A stretch of DNA of 64,000 nt from an uncultured bacterium (GTDB lineage Bacteria; Chloroflexota; UBA5177; JANWHV01): contig CAVSOU010000007.1 in assembly GCA_963729625.1 (NCBI GenBank), positions 512,001-576,000 of the forward strand. The letters run 5' to 3'. The notes below the pieces were generated by a model. The model was not told the DNA's origin. It ran no database searches and worked only from the letters and a program-made list of their open reading frames with translations. Below, piece by piece: positions 28,677 through 37,984 of this stretch. The position numbers were made by a program, and so were the translations under genes. Each line of letters starts with the position of its first letter. Position 1 is the stretch's first letter.

Positions 28677-29372
28677 TCAATCGGGCTGCGGCGCCTCGAA
28701 CTTGTAGCCCACGCCCCAAACCGTACTGATCCACCCCGGCCCGCCGCCTGCAGCCTGCAATTTGTCGCGCACGTGCTGGACATGCACGTCTACGGTCCGG
28801 CTGAAGCCCTCGAAATCGTACCCCCACACAGTATTCAGCAGCTGCTCTCGGGTGAACACCTGGCCGGGGTACCGCGCCAAAGCCAACAGCAGGTCGAACT
28901 CCTTTGGCCTGAGCTCGACCGGCCGGCTTTCGACGCGCACTTCCCTTCGGTCGGGGTCCACGCGCAAGGCACCAAAGTCCAGAGCGCCTGACGGCCGTTC
29001 GGCGGTGGCCTGCACACGGCGCAACAGCGCCTTGACCCGCGCAACCAGCTCTTTTGGCTCGAACGGCTTGGTAAGGTAGTCGTCCGCGCCGAGCTCAAAT
29101 CCGACCACCTTGTCCACGATGTCGTCGCGCGCGGTGAGCATCAGGATCGGCACCATGCTGGTCTTGCGGATGGCGCGGCACACATCGGTGCCGGATATCC
29201 CCGGAAGCATGATATCAAGCACGACGAGCGCCGGCTTCACCCGGCCACACATTTCCAACGCTTGAGGTCCAGTTGCGGCGTGCTCGACCGAGTAGCCTTC
29301 GCGTGTCAGATAGTGGGCCACCAGCTCGCGAATATGGTCTTCGTCGTCGACGATCAGTACTGGTCCTGCCAT
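28677..29372 (-). CDS. OmpR-family response regulator
   Basis: VDDE, LDIMLP, GADDYLTKPF, RTVDVHV, TVWGVGY. Confidence 0.96.
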   Translation of the reverse strand: MAGPVLIVDDEDHIRELVAHYLTREGYSVEHAATGPQALEMCGRVKPALVVLDIMLPGISGTDVCRAIRKTSMVPILMLTARDDIVDKVVGFELGADDYLTKPFEPKELVARVKALLRRVQATAERPSGALDFGALRVDPDRREVRVESRPVELRPKEFDLLLALARYPGQVFTREQLLNTVWGYDFEGFSRTVDVHVQHVRDKLQAAGGGPGWISTVWGVGYKFEAPQPD

Positions 29373-29613
29373 GCGCCTATCGTACCACGCCTCAGATCAA
29401 TGCGAAACGACGTCATCGACGCTCAGCTCCACGAGTCATCTCCGGTGGCCGACATGCCATCACACGTCAGCTCCGTTTGTTGCGATACGTTCTGGACGCC
29501 CCCTGCGATCGTGGTATCATTCCGGCTCCCCGTTGGGGATGCCTTCTGAAGGCCAGCAAGGTTGACACCTTCAGCATCCGGGCAGGGGCGGCGCGATACG
29601 GCAACTCCCCTGG

Positions 29614-30903
29614 CTAGGTCATCGTGTCATCCGCGCGCATCCAGGCCATCTGATTTCTGGATCGCCGTGTGCGCGGCATGACGAGCAGCATGCCGAACAC
29701 CACCAGAGCCAGGCCGAGGAGCTTCTTTGCCGTTATCGGCTCGCCGAGTTGCGGCGCGGCCAGCAACACCGTGATTACCGGCGTCAGCAGGGCATTGTAG
29801 CCGGTGCGCACCGTGCCCATGTGCCGCACCAGCCAGTTCGTGAGACCATATGCCACGCAACTGCAGAAGATCACGAGGAACGCGAAAGCGCTGAGGGTCT
29901 CCGGCGTCGGTTGCGACGGCATCCGATGCTCGAAGATGAGGCTCAGCACGAAGTTCAGGACGCCGGCGAGGAAGAGCTGCCACGCCGTGAGCACGAGCAG
30001 GTCGCCGGTGGCCACGCTGCGGCGCACCTGCTGGAAGCCAAGCGAATAGAGGAGCGCCGAGGCGGCGACGGCAAGCTCCGCCGCGAGCGCCGCGCCGCTC
30101 ATCCGCACGCCGCTACCGCCCAGGATTACCAGCGTCACCCCGGCGAAACCGGCTACCATGCCGGCTGCCGTCAAGGGGCTCTGTCCCTCGGACTCGTTGC
30201 CGATATTCAGCAGACTCAGGAATATCGGCTGCACACTCCAGACCAGGGTGAGCACGCTGACTTGCGCGTACTGGGCGCCCAGGAAGAAGGCGGTTGCCGG
30301 GATGCCGACGATTGTCATCGAGATGAACGTTACAATCGGGATGTCGCCGCGCTCCAGCCAGACACGCCCACCGCGCGCGCGGATGATCGCACCCAGCAGC
30401 AGGCCGGCAAGCGTGAACCGCATTCCCACGACCAGCATCGGCGGCTGGTTTGTTATGCCTACTTTTGTGGCCACCGGAAACTCGCCCCATATCGCGCACA
30501 ACGCAGCGAAACCGAGCGCGAGGGCCAGCGGGGACGACCCGCCGCCCAGATGGAGCGGCGATTCCGCACGCGATTCTCGCGATCTTCTCCGCCTGGGCAG
30601 CGCCGTCTCAGCGTCTCGCAGCGGGCGATCGGCCATACGCTGTTCTGCCGATCCTGGCGACTTCGCGTCCTGGCGCAGTGGTTCGAGCGTCCGGCTGGTT
30701 GCAGTTCGCGGTTCCTGGGCCGCCGCGTCGCGGACGTGTGGCTCTTGCTGCTCGGCCGGGTTCTGGGCCGGCGCGTCTGTCACAGGGCGTGGGTCGACGT
30801 GGGTGCCGGCCGCCGCGTGCGGCGCGGTCTGTCCCCCAGCCACCGGATAGGTCGCGCACCGTATGTCTGGCGCTGGCGGAGATGGTACCTGCGTTTCAGC
30901 CAT
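29614..30903 (-). CDS. DMT/EamA transporter with long hydrophilic N-terminal extension
   Basis: About 10 TMs from residue ~125; IWG, RF.LAG, LGEPIT. Confidence 0.85.
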   Translation of the reverse strand: MAETQVPSPPAPDIRCATYPVAGGQTAPHAAAGTHVDPRPVTDAPAQNPAEQQEPHVRDAAAQEPRTATSRTLEPLRQDAKSPGSAEQRMADRPLRDAETALPRRRRSRESRAESPLHLGGGSSPLALALGFAALCAIWGEFPVATKVGITNQPPMLVVGMRFTLAGLLLGAIIRARGGRVWLERGDIPIVTFISMTIVGIPATAFFLGAQYAQVSVLTLVWSVQPIFLSLLNIGNESEGQSPLTAAGMVAGFAGVTLVILGGSGVRMSGAALAAELAVAASALLYSLGFQQVRRSVATGDLLVLTAWQLFLAGVLNFVLSLIFEHRMPSQPTPETLSAFAFLVIFCSCVAYGLTNWLVRHMGTVRTGYNALLTPVITVLLAAPQLGEPITAKKLLGLALVVFGMLLVMPRTRRSRNQMAWMRADDTMT

Positions 30904-30909
30904 GCGCTG

Positions 30910-31410
30910 TCAGCCGTGGCTCGCGCGGCTGATCAGTGCGACGGCTATGGCCGCGATACCTTCTTCACGGCCGACGAAACCCATGCGCTCGTTGGTTGTA
31001 GCCTTGACGCCCACCTGTTCCACCTCTATGCCGAGGGCCGCGGCGATGTTTGCCCGCATCGATTCCGCCACCGGGGCGATCGCAGGGCGCTCCGCGATAA
31101 GCGTGCTGTCCACGTTGCTTACGTGCCAGCCCTTCGCGTGCAACATACCGGCGACCCGCGCCAGCAACAGGGTGCTGGAGATGTCCTCGAACTGCGGATC
31201 GGTGGGAGGAAAGTGCCTGCCAATGTCGCCCAAGCTCGCCGCGCCTAGCAGCGCGTCGGCAATGGCGTGCAACAGTACGTCGGCGTCTGAGTGGCCGAGC
31301 AGACCGCGATGGTGCGCGAATTCTACGCCTCCGAGCACGAGCCGACGATCCTCGGCAAACGGGTGAACGTCGTACCCGAGACCCACGCGGAGGACTGGCA
31401 CGTCGCTCAT
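30910..31410 (-). CDS. ispF: 2-C-methyl-D-erythritol 2,4-cyclodiphosphate synthase
   Basis: RVGLGYDVH, GHSDADVLLHA, KATTNE. Confidence 0.97.
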   Translation of the reverse strand: MSDVPVLRVGLGYDVHPFAEDRRLVLGGVEFAHHRGLLGHSDADVLLHAIADALLGAASLGDIGRHFPPTDPQFEDISSTLLLARVAGMLHAKGWHVSNVDSTLIAERPAIAPVAESMRANIAAALGIEVEQVGVKATTNERMGFVGREEGIAAIAVALISRASHG

Positions 31411-32108
31411 GACGCTGTACCCCGATGCGTGTCCCAGAGCGCGCGGACGACGGCAACATCGTCGACGGTCGTCACCTTCACGTTGGTGCGGTCGCCGAGA
31501 TAGGTGTACACGGGGTAACCGGCAAGCTCGAACACTTCCGCGTCGTCCGTGCAGGTCGAGCGCGCCTGTCCCACGCGCGCGTACGCTTCGACGAGCGGTT
31601 CCCAGGCGAAGATCTGCGGAGTTTGCGCGGCGTGAAGCGACGATCGCGCTGGGGTTGCCTCTACCTGTCCCGTTCCATCCACCACCTTGATCGTGTCGGT
31701 CACCGGCACGGCGGCCAGGGCTGCGCCGCGCTCGCGGGCCACCGCGATCCCTCGCGCAATCATGCTCTTGTCTATAAGGGGGCGCGCTCCGTCGTGGACA
31801 AGCACGATCTCGCAAGGCTCAAGCACTTGCAGCCCACAATAGACTGAGTCCTGCCTTGTATCTCCGCCGCGAACCCAACGGTTGACGCGACACCACGGTG
31901 GAAACGCGCGAAGAGGCGCCGCGCGCGCGATGGTTTCCGGTCCGGCCACCACGACCAACTGGCCGAGCCCTTCACAGCCGGCCGCGATCGCCGCGATCGT
32001 GCGGGCCAGAAGGGGTTCGCCGCCGAGGTCAAGCCAGAGCTTGTCGGCGCCGGCCATACGCCGACTTGAACCGGCGGCGACGATGATCGCGCCGATATCT
32101 GGCGGCAC
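31407..32108 (-). CDS. ispD: 2-C-methyl-D-erythritol 4-phosphate cytidylyltransferase
   Basis: AAGSSRRM, RQDSV, HDGARP, QTPQ, TDD, KVTT. Confidence 0.96.
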   Translation of the reverse strand: MPPDIGAIIVAAGSSRRMAGADKLWLDLGGEPLLARTIAAIAAGCEGLGQLVVVAGPETIARAAPLRAFPPWCRVNRWVRGGDTRQDSVYCGLQVLEPCEIVLVHDGARPLIDKSMIARGIAVARERGAALAAVPVTDTIKVVDGTGQVEATPARSSLHAAQTPQIFAWEPLVEAYARVGQARSTCTDDAEVFELAGYPVYTYLGDRTNVKVTTVDDVAVVRALWDTHRGTAS

Positions 32109-32110
32109 CG

Positions 32111-33163
32111 CTAGCGACCGTTCCCGAAAGCTTTTGGATGCGCGAAGATCATCCTGCCCGCAACGGTTTGCAGCACGCGCGTGACCACGATCTCCACATC
32201 GCGATTAAGGTAGCGATGGCCATCCTCGACAACGATCATCGTGCCATCGTCGAGATAGCCGACCCCCTGGTTGACTTCCTTGCCCTGTTGGATGATGTGC
32301 ACGGCCATCTCTTCGCCCGGCAGCACCACCGGCTTCACCGCGTTGGCAAGCTGATTGATATTGAGCACGGTAACTCCCTGCAGCTCGGCCACGCGGTTCA
32401 GGTTAAAGTCGTTGGTGATGATCGGCGCCGAAAGCCGCTTGGCAACCTGCACCAGCTTGCCGTCAACTTCAGGCACGTCCCTAGCATCCACATCCAGCAC
32501 GCTGACCGGTGTCTCGGAGTCCTTGCTCATGCGATTGAGCATGTCCAGTCCACGACGGCCCCGGTTTCGGCGAAGAACGTCGGGTGAATCGGCGATCCGC
32601 TGCAGCTCATCGAGGATAAAACGCGGCACGATCAGCTCGCCCGAGATGAAGCCCGTTGTGCTGATATCCGCGATCCGCCCGTCGATGATCGCACTGGTGT
32701 CCAACAGCACGCGCTGACGGGGAGGCGCTGCGACAACGTCAGGCGTCGCGGAGGGACGAGGGCGCCGCGCGATGGCGCTACGAATGTCGGCGCCACGCTC
32801 AAGCACGACCTGCGTGAACAGGGTCGTTATGACCATGAAGGCAAGGAGCGGCAGCCACACGCCGGCGGGATACTGCAAGCGAGAGAGAGGATACGCCACG
32901 ACGACGGACATGACGAGACCCAAAGCCAAGCCCAGTGCGCCGGTGAGCAAATCCTCGATTGGAGCATCGCTCAGATAGCTGTTGAAGCGCGAGTAGGGCG
33001 ACCGGAGTACGATTGGCCCGGCAACGAATCCGGCCAGGAACACGAGGGCGCCGGCAATGACGTCTACGTTGTCCGCGTGATGCGGCAGGGCATCGACGGA
33101 CACCCAGGCGATTGAGCCGAGGACCGCGCCTCCAAGCAATCTTACTGAGAATCGAGACGTCAT
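32111..33163 (-). CDS. PIN/TRAM domain membrane protein (YacL-like)
   Basis: LDTSAIIDGRI, RGRRGLD, TNDFNLN, GYLDDGTM, QT.AGRMIF; conserved synteny with ispD-ispF. Confidence 0.93.
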   Translation of the reverse strand: MTSRFSVRLLGGAVLGSIAWVSVDALPHHADNVDVIAGALVFLAGFVAGPIVLRSPYSRFNSYLSDAPIEDLLTGALGLALGLVMSVVVAYPLSRLQYPAGVWLPLLAFMVITTLFTQVVLERGADIRSAIARRPRPSATPDVVAAPPRQRVLLDTSAIIDGRIADISTTGFISGELIVPRFILDELQRIADSPDVLRRNRGRRGLDMLNRMSKDSETPVSVLDVDARDVPEVDGKLVQVAKRLSAPIITNDFNLNRVAELQGVTVLNINQLANAVKPVVLPGEEMAVHIIQQGKEVNQGVGYLDDGTMIVVEDGHRYLNRDVEIVVTRVLQTVAGRMIFAHPKAFGNGR

Positions 33164-33606
33164 TGCACGTTACCTTGCCGGCGTTCCGGCGCAACGCGCA
33201 GGGACCACCAGTAGCCGGTGGCTGGCTGACGCCGACCACCATGTTGTTCATACGCTTTACACGCGGTTGACGAGGCCATGAGCTAGGGACTACCGCTCTG
33301 CTATCGGGTGGGGCACTCAAGGCACGCGAACTGCCCCACTCGGAGGCAGTCATCTCCCATTCATGCGCCGGTGGCATCAGTGTAGCACGCCCGAAAAAAC
33401 CGCGTAAAGCGCGATAGCGGCTGCGGACGTCCTCCGTAAACGTTTCCAGGAACGTCGCGGCCCTTTCTACCGGGAATCATTCCATCCCCGGCAGGTGTTG
33501 CGCGCGAAGGGCATGAGATTCCCATTGCCATCAACCGGGAAGGCCGGTACTTTCATGGTAGGTCGCCCGGGCGACTCGCTGAGTCAGGGTCGAAGGAGGA
33601 CCCGCG

Positions 33607-33912
33607 GTGAGCAGAGACGAAGTGCACATTCGGCATCTCTATGCCGGTCGTGAAATCGATCCCGTTGAAGCAGCGAGCATCCACATCGCCCTCCAGGAGC
33701 TTCAGGAGCGGTTCAACTCCTACCTGGAAATCGAGGTGGCCGAGGACGATACGGCTGACCGCATCGAGGGCAACTGCCGCGCGATCGCGGAGGAGCTGCG
33801 CATGCATCTGCTGTTCACGGTCGTCGCGACGCGGGCCGTCCGCAACCCGGCGGGCCGCCTGGAGACAGAGCCGTCACTCCTCCAGGTCAGCCTCGATCGC
33901 AATCACAACTGA
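33607..33912 (+). CDS. hypothetical protein
   Basis: AAGGAGG SD before GTG; GC-rich third codon positions. Confidence 0.7.
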   Translation: MSRDEVHIRHLYAGREIDPVEAASIHIALQELQERFNSYLEIEVAEDDTADRIEGNCRAIAEELRMHLLFTVVATRAVRNPAGRLETEPSLLQVSLDRNHN

Positions 33913-34805
33913 ACACTCCGCCTCGGTTCATCCAGCGCCGGCTTGCGCATCCGCAGCTTGCGGAGAGAGACTGAAAACCGCCTCCTGCCCACCTCCTCGC
34001 CCCGGACGACAGCCAGGGAAAAACGGTGCAGGGCGCCGTTACTGGCGAGAACATCCCTCCGTTCGAGTCGATGCGGTTGCCCGTCAAAGTCGCTGACCTT
34101 GCCACCGGCTTCCAGCACGATCAGCGCCGCGGCGGCCACGTCCCAGGGCGCGAGCGCCGGTCCGCAGAACAGCTCGAAACGACCGCATGCGACATAGCAG
34201 AGATCGAGCGCGCCCGCTCCTGTGGTGCGACACCCTTGTGTCAGACGCGTGAAGGCTTGGCCGGCTGCGACGCGCCTGCCCTTGTAGCGATGGCTGTTCA
34301 TGCCACACCCGGCGAGTGCCGCCTCGGGCCGCTCGATCCGGCTGACGACGATCGGCGTACCATTCAGGGTGGCCCCGCCACCCCGACTAGCCGCGAACAT
34401 CTCGCCGGTGGCGGGATTGTAGACGACGCCGGCCATCAGCTCGCCCGCATACTCGACGCCGATCGAAACGGCGAAGGCGGGAACGCCGTGCGCGAAGTTG
34501 GTGGTGCCGTCGACGGGATCGATAATCCAGCGATAGAGCGAGGCTTCGGCCCCAGTCGTGCCTTCTTCAGCCAGGATGCGATGGTCGGGGTACGCGGCTC
34601 TGATCCTGCCAGTCACGATCGCTTCCGATGCCTTGTCGCCATCGGTGACCAGGTCAGATGGGCCATTCTTGAACTGGATCTCGCGCGGCGTCCCCAGCTT
34701 CTCGCGCAGCATCGCGCCTGCTTCGAGCGCGGCCTGCTCGGCCAGGCCGCGCAGATCTGTCGCTGTCACCGGGCCGGCTAGCTGGTCACATCCCGTCACC
34801 AACAT
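33903..34805 (-). CDS. inositol monophosphatase family (SuhB-like)
   Basis: DLVTDGD, ILAEE, WIIDPVDGTTNF, WDVAAA; start uncertain. Confidence 0.92.
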   Translation of the reverse strand: MLVTGCDQLAGPVTATDLRGLAEQAALEAGAMLREKLGTPREIQFKNGPSDLVTDGDKASEAIVTGRIRAAYPDHRILAEEGTTGAEASLYRWIIDPVDGTTNFAHGVPAFAVSIGVEYAGELMAGVVYNPATGEMFAASRGGGATLNGTPIVVSRIERPEAALAGCGMNSHRYKGRRVAAGQAFTRLTQGCRTTGAGALDLCYVACGRFELFCGPALAPWDVAAAALIVLEAGGKVSDFDGQPHRLERRDVLASNGALHRFSLAVVRGEEVGRRRFSVSLRKLRMRKPALDEPRRSVQL

Positions 34806-35029
34806 GTCGCCAGCGCCGGTCAACGGCAGACACTCGCGGAAATCCAACCAAGGCTCATGGACGTATGGTAGCACAGGCCTGGATTGCACTCCCTTGCTCT
34901 GTGTTACGCCAGCTACGCCATCTGGACGTTCCACTCGTTTTGCGCGGAATTGGGTAGCCTGAGATGTGCGTCCTTCGGGATGCAGATCTGCTACGCTCCC
35001 CATATGTCGGCAGTGAAACCGTGAGTCCC

Positions 35030-36394
35030 ATGGCTATTCGACAGTCGCAGCGCGTTGCCGCTCCCTGTACTATCTGTGGCTTGTACCATACGTCAGGCAC
35101 GATCTGCCCAGTGGCCTCGCCGCTTGCCGTGCGCGCCGAGGGGCGTGCTCTGGCGCCGGGAATCGTCCTGGGTGGCCGCTTCCGGATCGACGCCATAACA
35201 CATCGCTCGGGCATGAGCACGCTCTATCGTGCCACCGACCTCCGCGACCAGCTCGGCACCGTTGCCGTGAAACGACTGTCCGTGGCCGGGCTTTCAGCCG
35301 AAGAGCAGCAGGAGTCGCGCAAATGGCTTGCCAGAGAGGCCGGATTACTCTCATCACTCAAGAATCCACACCTGCCGGAGCTGCTTGCGGCTTTCAGCGA
35401 GGGAGACGAGCACTTCGTGGTCATGCCGTACCTGGAGGGACGGACCATCAGGGAGCTGGTGGAAGCCGAGGGGCCTCTGCGCGAGGACTACGTCGTGCGC
35501 TGGGCGTGCATCCTGGCCGATGTCCTGGCCTACCTGCATGGTCAAGATCCGCCGATAATACACCGCGACCTCAAGCCGGGCAACATCCTGATACTACCGG
35601 ACATGAAGCTCGTGCTGCTCGACCTGGGCGTCGCGCGCGCCGTGCTGCGCGGCGTGCCCGGAACCGCCATCGGCACGCCCGGGTACGCTCCGCCGGAGCA
35701 GTACCAGGGACTTGCCGATGAGCGCAGCGATATCTATGCCTTGGGAGCGACGGTCCACTATATGCTGACCGGGTATGACGCGGAGCACGAGCTTCCGTTT
35801 CGCCACCCGCCCGTGCGACAACTTGAGCCCGAGATCAGCCCGGCGCTCGAGCAATTGGTCGGTGCGCTGTTGCAGGTCGGGCCAGAGCAACGGCCGCAGG
35901 ATGCGTCGGCCGTGAGCAAGCAGTTTGCCCTTGTCGATTTGGTGGAGCTGGGCGTCGCGAGCGGACTCTACAGGCGCGCTCTGCGGAGCTATCTAATCGC
36001 TGCAGCATGCTTGTCCGGCTTCCTGGGTTTCATCTCGTTGCCGTCATTCGCCGGAATGTCGACTGTTTGGACCCTCCTGCCGTGGATCACCTTCTCCGCA
36101 ACAGCATTCGCTCGCCGACCGGAACGCCGGCGCGAAGTTGAGGTGTCGAAGACAGAGAACACAGTCATACAGATGCACGTTCAGCGCGTCGAGTGGATGC
36201 TGCTGCCCGCCACGTTTGCCTTCCTGTTCGCGTTCGGTTTCATTCCCGGCAGCCAGTATCTGGCCCTGTTTGTAGGCTTGCTCACGATCGCGCTGCTCGT
36301 AACAGGCTGGAAGACAGCCGATCGGGCCGTCCAACAAGAGATCCTTAGCCTGAATTGCGTGACAGGCAACACAGCGCCTCGATTGAGGCTCTGA
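35030..36394 (+). CDS. Hanks-type Ser/Thr protein kinase with C-terminal TMs
   Basis: VAVK, HRDLKPGN, DLG, GTPGYAPPEQ, SDIYALG; about four C-terminal hydrophobic segments; start uncertain. Confidence 0.9.
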   Translation: MAIRQSQRVAAPCTICGLYHTSGTICPVASPLAVRAEGRALAPGIVLGGRFRIDAITHRSGMSTLYRATDLRDQLGTVAVKRLSVAGLSAEEQQESRKWLAREAGLLSSLKNPHLPELLAAFSEGDEHFVVMPYLEGRTIRELVEAEGPLREDYVVRWACILADVLAYLHGQDPPIIHRDLKPGNILILPDMKLVLLDLGVARAVLRGVPGTAIGTPGYAPPEQYQGLADERSDIYALGATVHYMLTGYDAEHELPFRHPPVRQLEPEISPALEQLVGALLQVGPEQRPQDASAVSKQFALVDLVELGVASGLYRRALRSYLIAAACLSGFLGFISLPSFAGMSTVWTLLPWITFSATAFARRPERRREVEVSKTENTVIQMHVQRVEWMLLPATFAFLFAFGFIPGSQYLALFVGLLTIALLVTGWKTADRAVQQEILSLNCVTGNTAPRLRL

Positions 36395-36426
36395 AGCAGC
36401 TGTACTTAAGCTCCAGGGAGGCTAGC

Positions 36427-37947
36427 ATGGCTGATCCGGTATCCACCCACGCGGTGGACGCCCTCAAAGCGGAGCTGCGTGAGCTGTCCGACATTCGGCG
36501 TGCACTGTCCGCTCTGGGATGGGACGAGCTCACACATATGCCTCCGGGCGGGGCGCCAGGGCGCGCGGAATCGACGGCAACGCTGGAGAGAATCGCGCAC
36601 ACGCGACTCACCTCGGCACGCATGGGCGACCTGATCGAAGCGGCGGAAGATGACGTATCGGGACTGGATACCGACTCCGACGACTTCAATCTGGTGCGCG
36701 TAATCGGTCGGGACTATCGGCGATCGGCACGGATGCCGCACGACCTCGTCGCGGAACGGGCCAGAGCGCGTACCCTCGCCAATTCTGCCTGGGAAGTGGC
36801 GAAACGTAACGACGACTACGCGCTCTTCGCGCCGTGGCTTCAGAAGAATATCGAGCTGGACCGGCAGCTGGCTGAGGCCGTCGGCTATCAGGAGCATCCA
36901 TTCGACGCGCTGATCGAAGCGGACGACCCGGGCGTGACCGCGTCTTCCATGCGGGCGATATTTGCCGCTCTGCGACCATCGCTCGTCGATCTGGTGCAGC
37001 GTGTCGCGCGCAATGACGATGTCGGTGACGACCTGCCGACACGCGGGCTATTCGACGAAGCCGCCCAGGAGCGCGTGTGCCGGGATGTAGCAGAGCGGAT
37101 CGGCTACGACTTCAGCAGAGGCGACCTGGATCGGACAGTGCACCCGTTCATGACCAGTTTCGGTCGCGACGATGTCCGTATCACCACGCGGTACGACGCC
37201 CAGAACTTGCCCGTTGCCCTTCTGGGGACCGTGCACGAGGCCGGCCATGCCCTGTACGAGCAAGGCATCGACGTGTCGCTGGACCGCACGATGCTGGACA
37301 TTGACCTTCCTTCAGGCATGCACGAGAGCCAGTCGCGGCTATGGGAAAACTTCGTCGGCCGCGGGCTTCCGTTCTGGCAATACTATTACCCGACGGTCCA
37401 GGCCGCCTTTCCCGATGCGCTGGCCGCCGTCGACATTACCGCCTTCCACCGCGCGATCAACCGCGTGCAGCCGTCGTGCATTCGCATGGAAGCCGACGAG
37501 GTGACCTACAGCCTGCACATCATGCTGCGTTTCGAGCTCGAGCTGGCGCTCTTCGAAGGGGAAATCGCCGTGGCCGACGCGCCGGAAGCCTGGAACGCCG
37601 CGATGCGTACCTACCTCGGCATCACGCCGCCGAACAATCGCGAGGGAATCCTGCAGGACGTCCACTGGACGGCCGGATTCGGTCACTTCCAGGGCTACGC
37701 GCTTGGCAATATCATCGCGGCACAGCTCTGGGAAGCCGTCGATAAAGCTCATCCCGACCTGCCGGACCTCATAAGGAACGGCCAGTTCAGGCCGCTTCTG
37801 GACTGGCTGCGTGTCAACATTCACAGGCATGGCCGGAAGTATGATTCCGCCGATCTCGTGCAACGGGCAACCGGTGTGCCGCTATCGACTGAGCCCTACA
37901 TTCGCTACCTGAGCGGGAAATTCGGCGCGATTGCTGCGCCGGCATAG
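36427..37947 (+). CDS. M32 carboxypeptidase
   Basis: HPF, DVRITTRY, HEAGHALYEQ, HESQSRLWEN, LQDVHW. Confidence 0.95.
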   Translation: MADPVSTHAVDALKAELRELSDIRRALSALGWDELTHMPPGGAPGRAESTATLERIAHTRLTSARMGDLIEAAEDDVSGLDTDSDDFNLVRVIGRDYRRSARMPHDLVAERARARTLANSAWEVAKRNDDYALFAPWLQKNIELDRQLAEAVGYQEHPFDALIEADDPGVTASSMRAIFAALRPSLVDLVQRVARNDDVGDDLPTRGLFDEAAQERVCRDVAERIGYDFSRGDLDRTVHPFMTSFGRDDVRITTRYDAQNLPVALLGTVHEAGHALYEQGIDVSLDRTMLDIDLPSGMHESQSRLWENFVGRGLPFWQYYYPTVQAAFPDALAAVDITAFHRAINRVQPSCIRMEADEVTYSLHIMLRFELELALFEGEIAVADAPEAWNAAMRTYLGITPPNNREGILQDVHWTAGFGHFQGYALGNIIAAQLWEAVDKAHPDLPDLIRNGQFRPLLDWLRVNIHRHGRKYDSADLVQRATGVPLSTEPYIRYLSGKFGAIAAPA

Positions 37948-37984
37948 GTGATGCATCTGGTATGTTCGCGCCACGCGGGAGACC

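Noticed and set aside
29527-29612. SRP (4.5S) RNA identity for the intergenic hairpin
   Set aside because: Lacks the CAGG...GGAA...AGCA helix-8 motif
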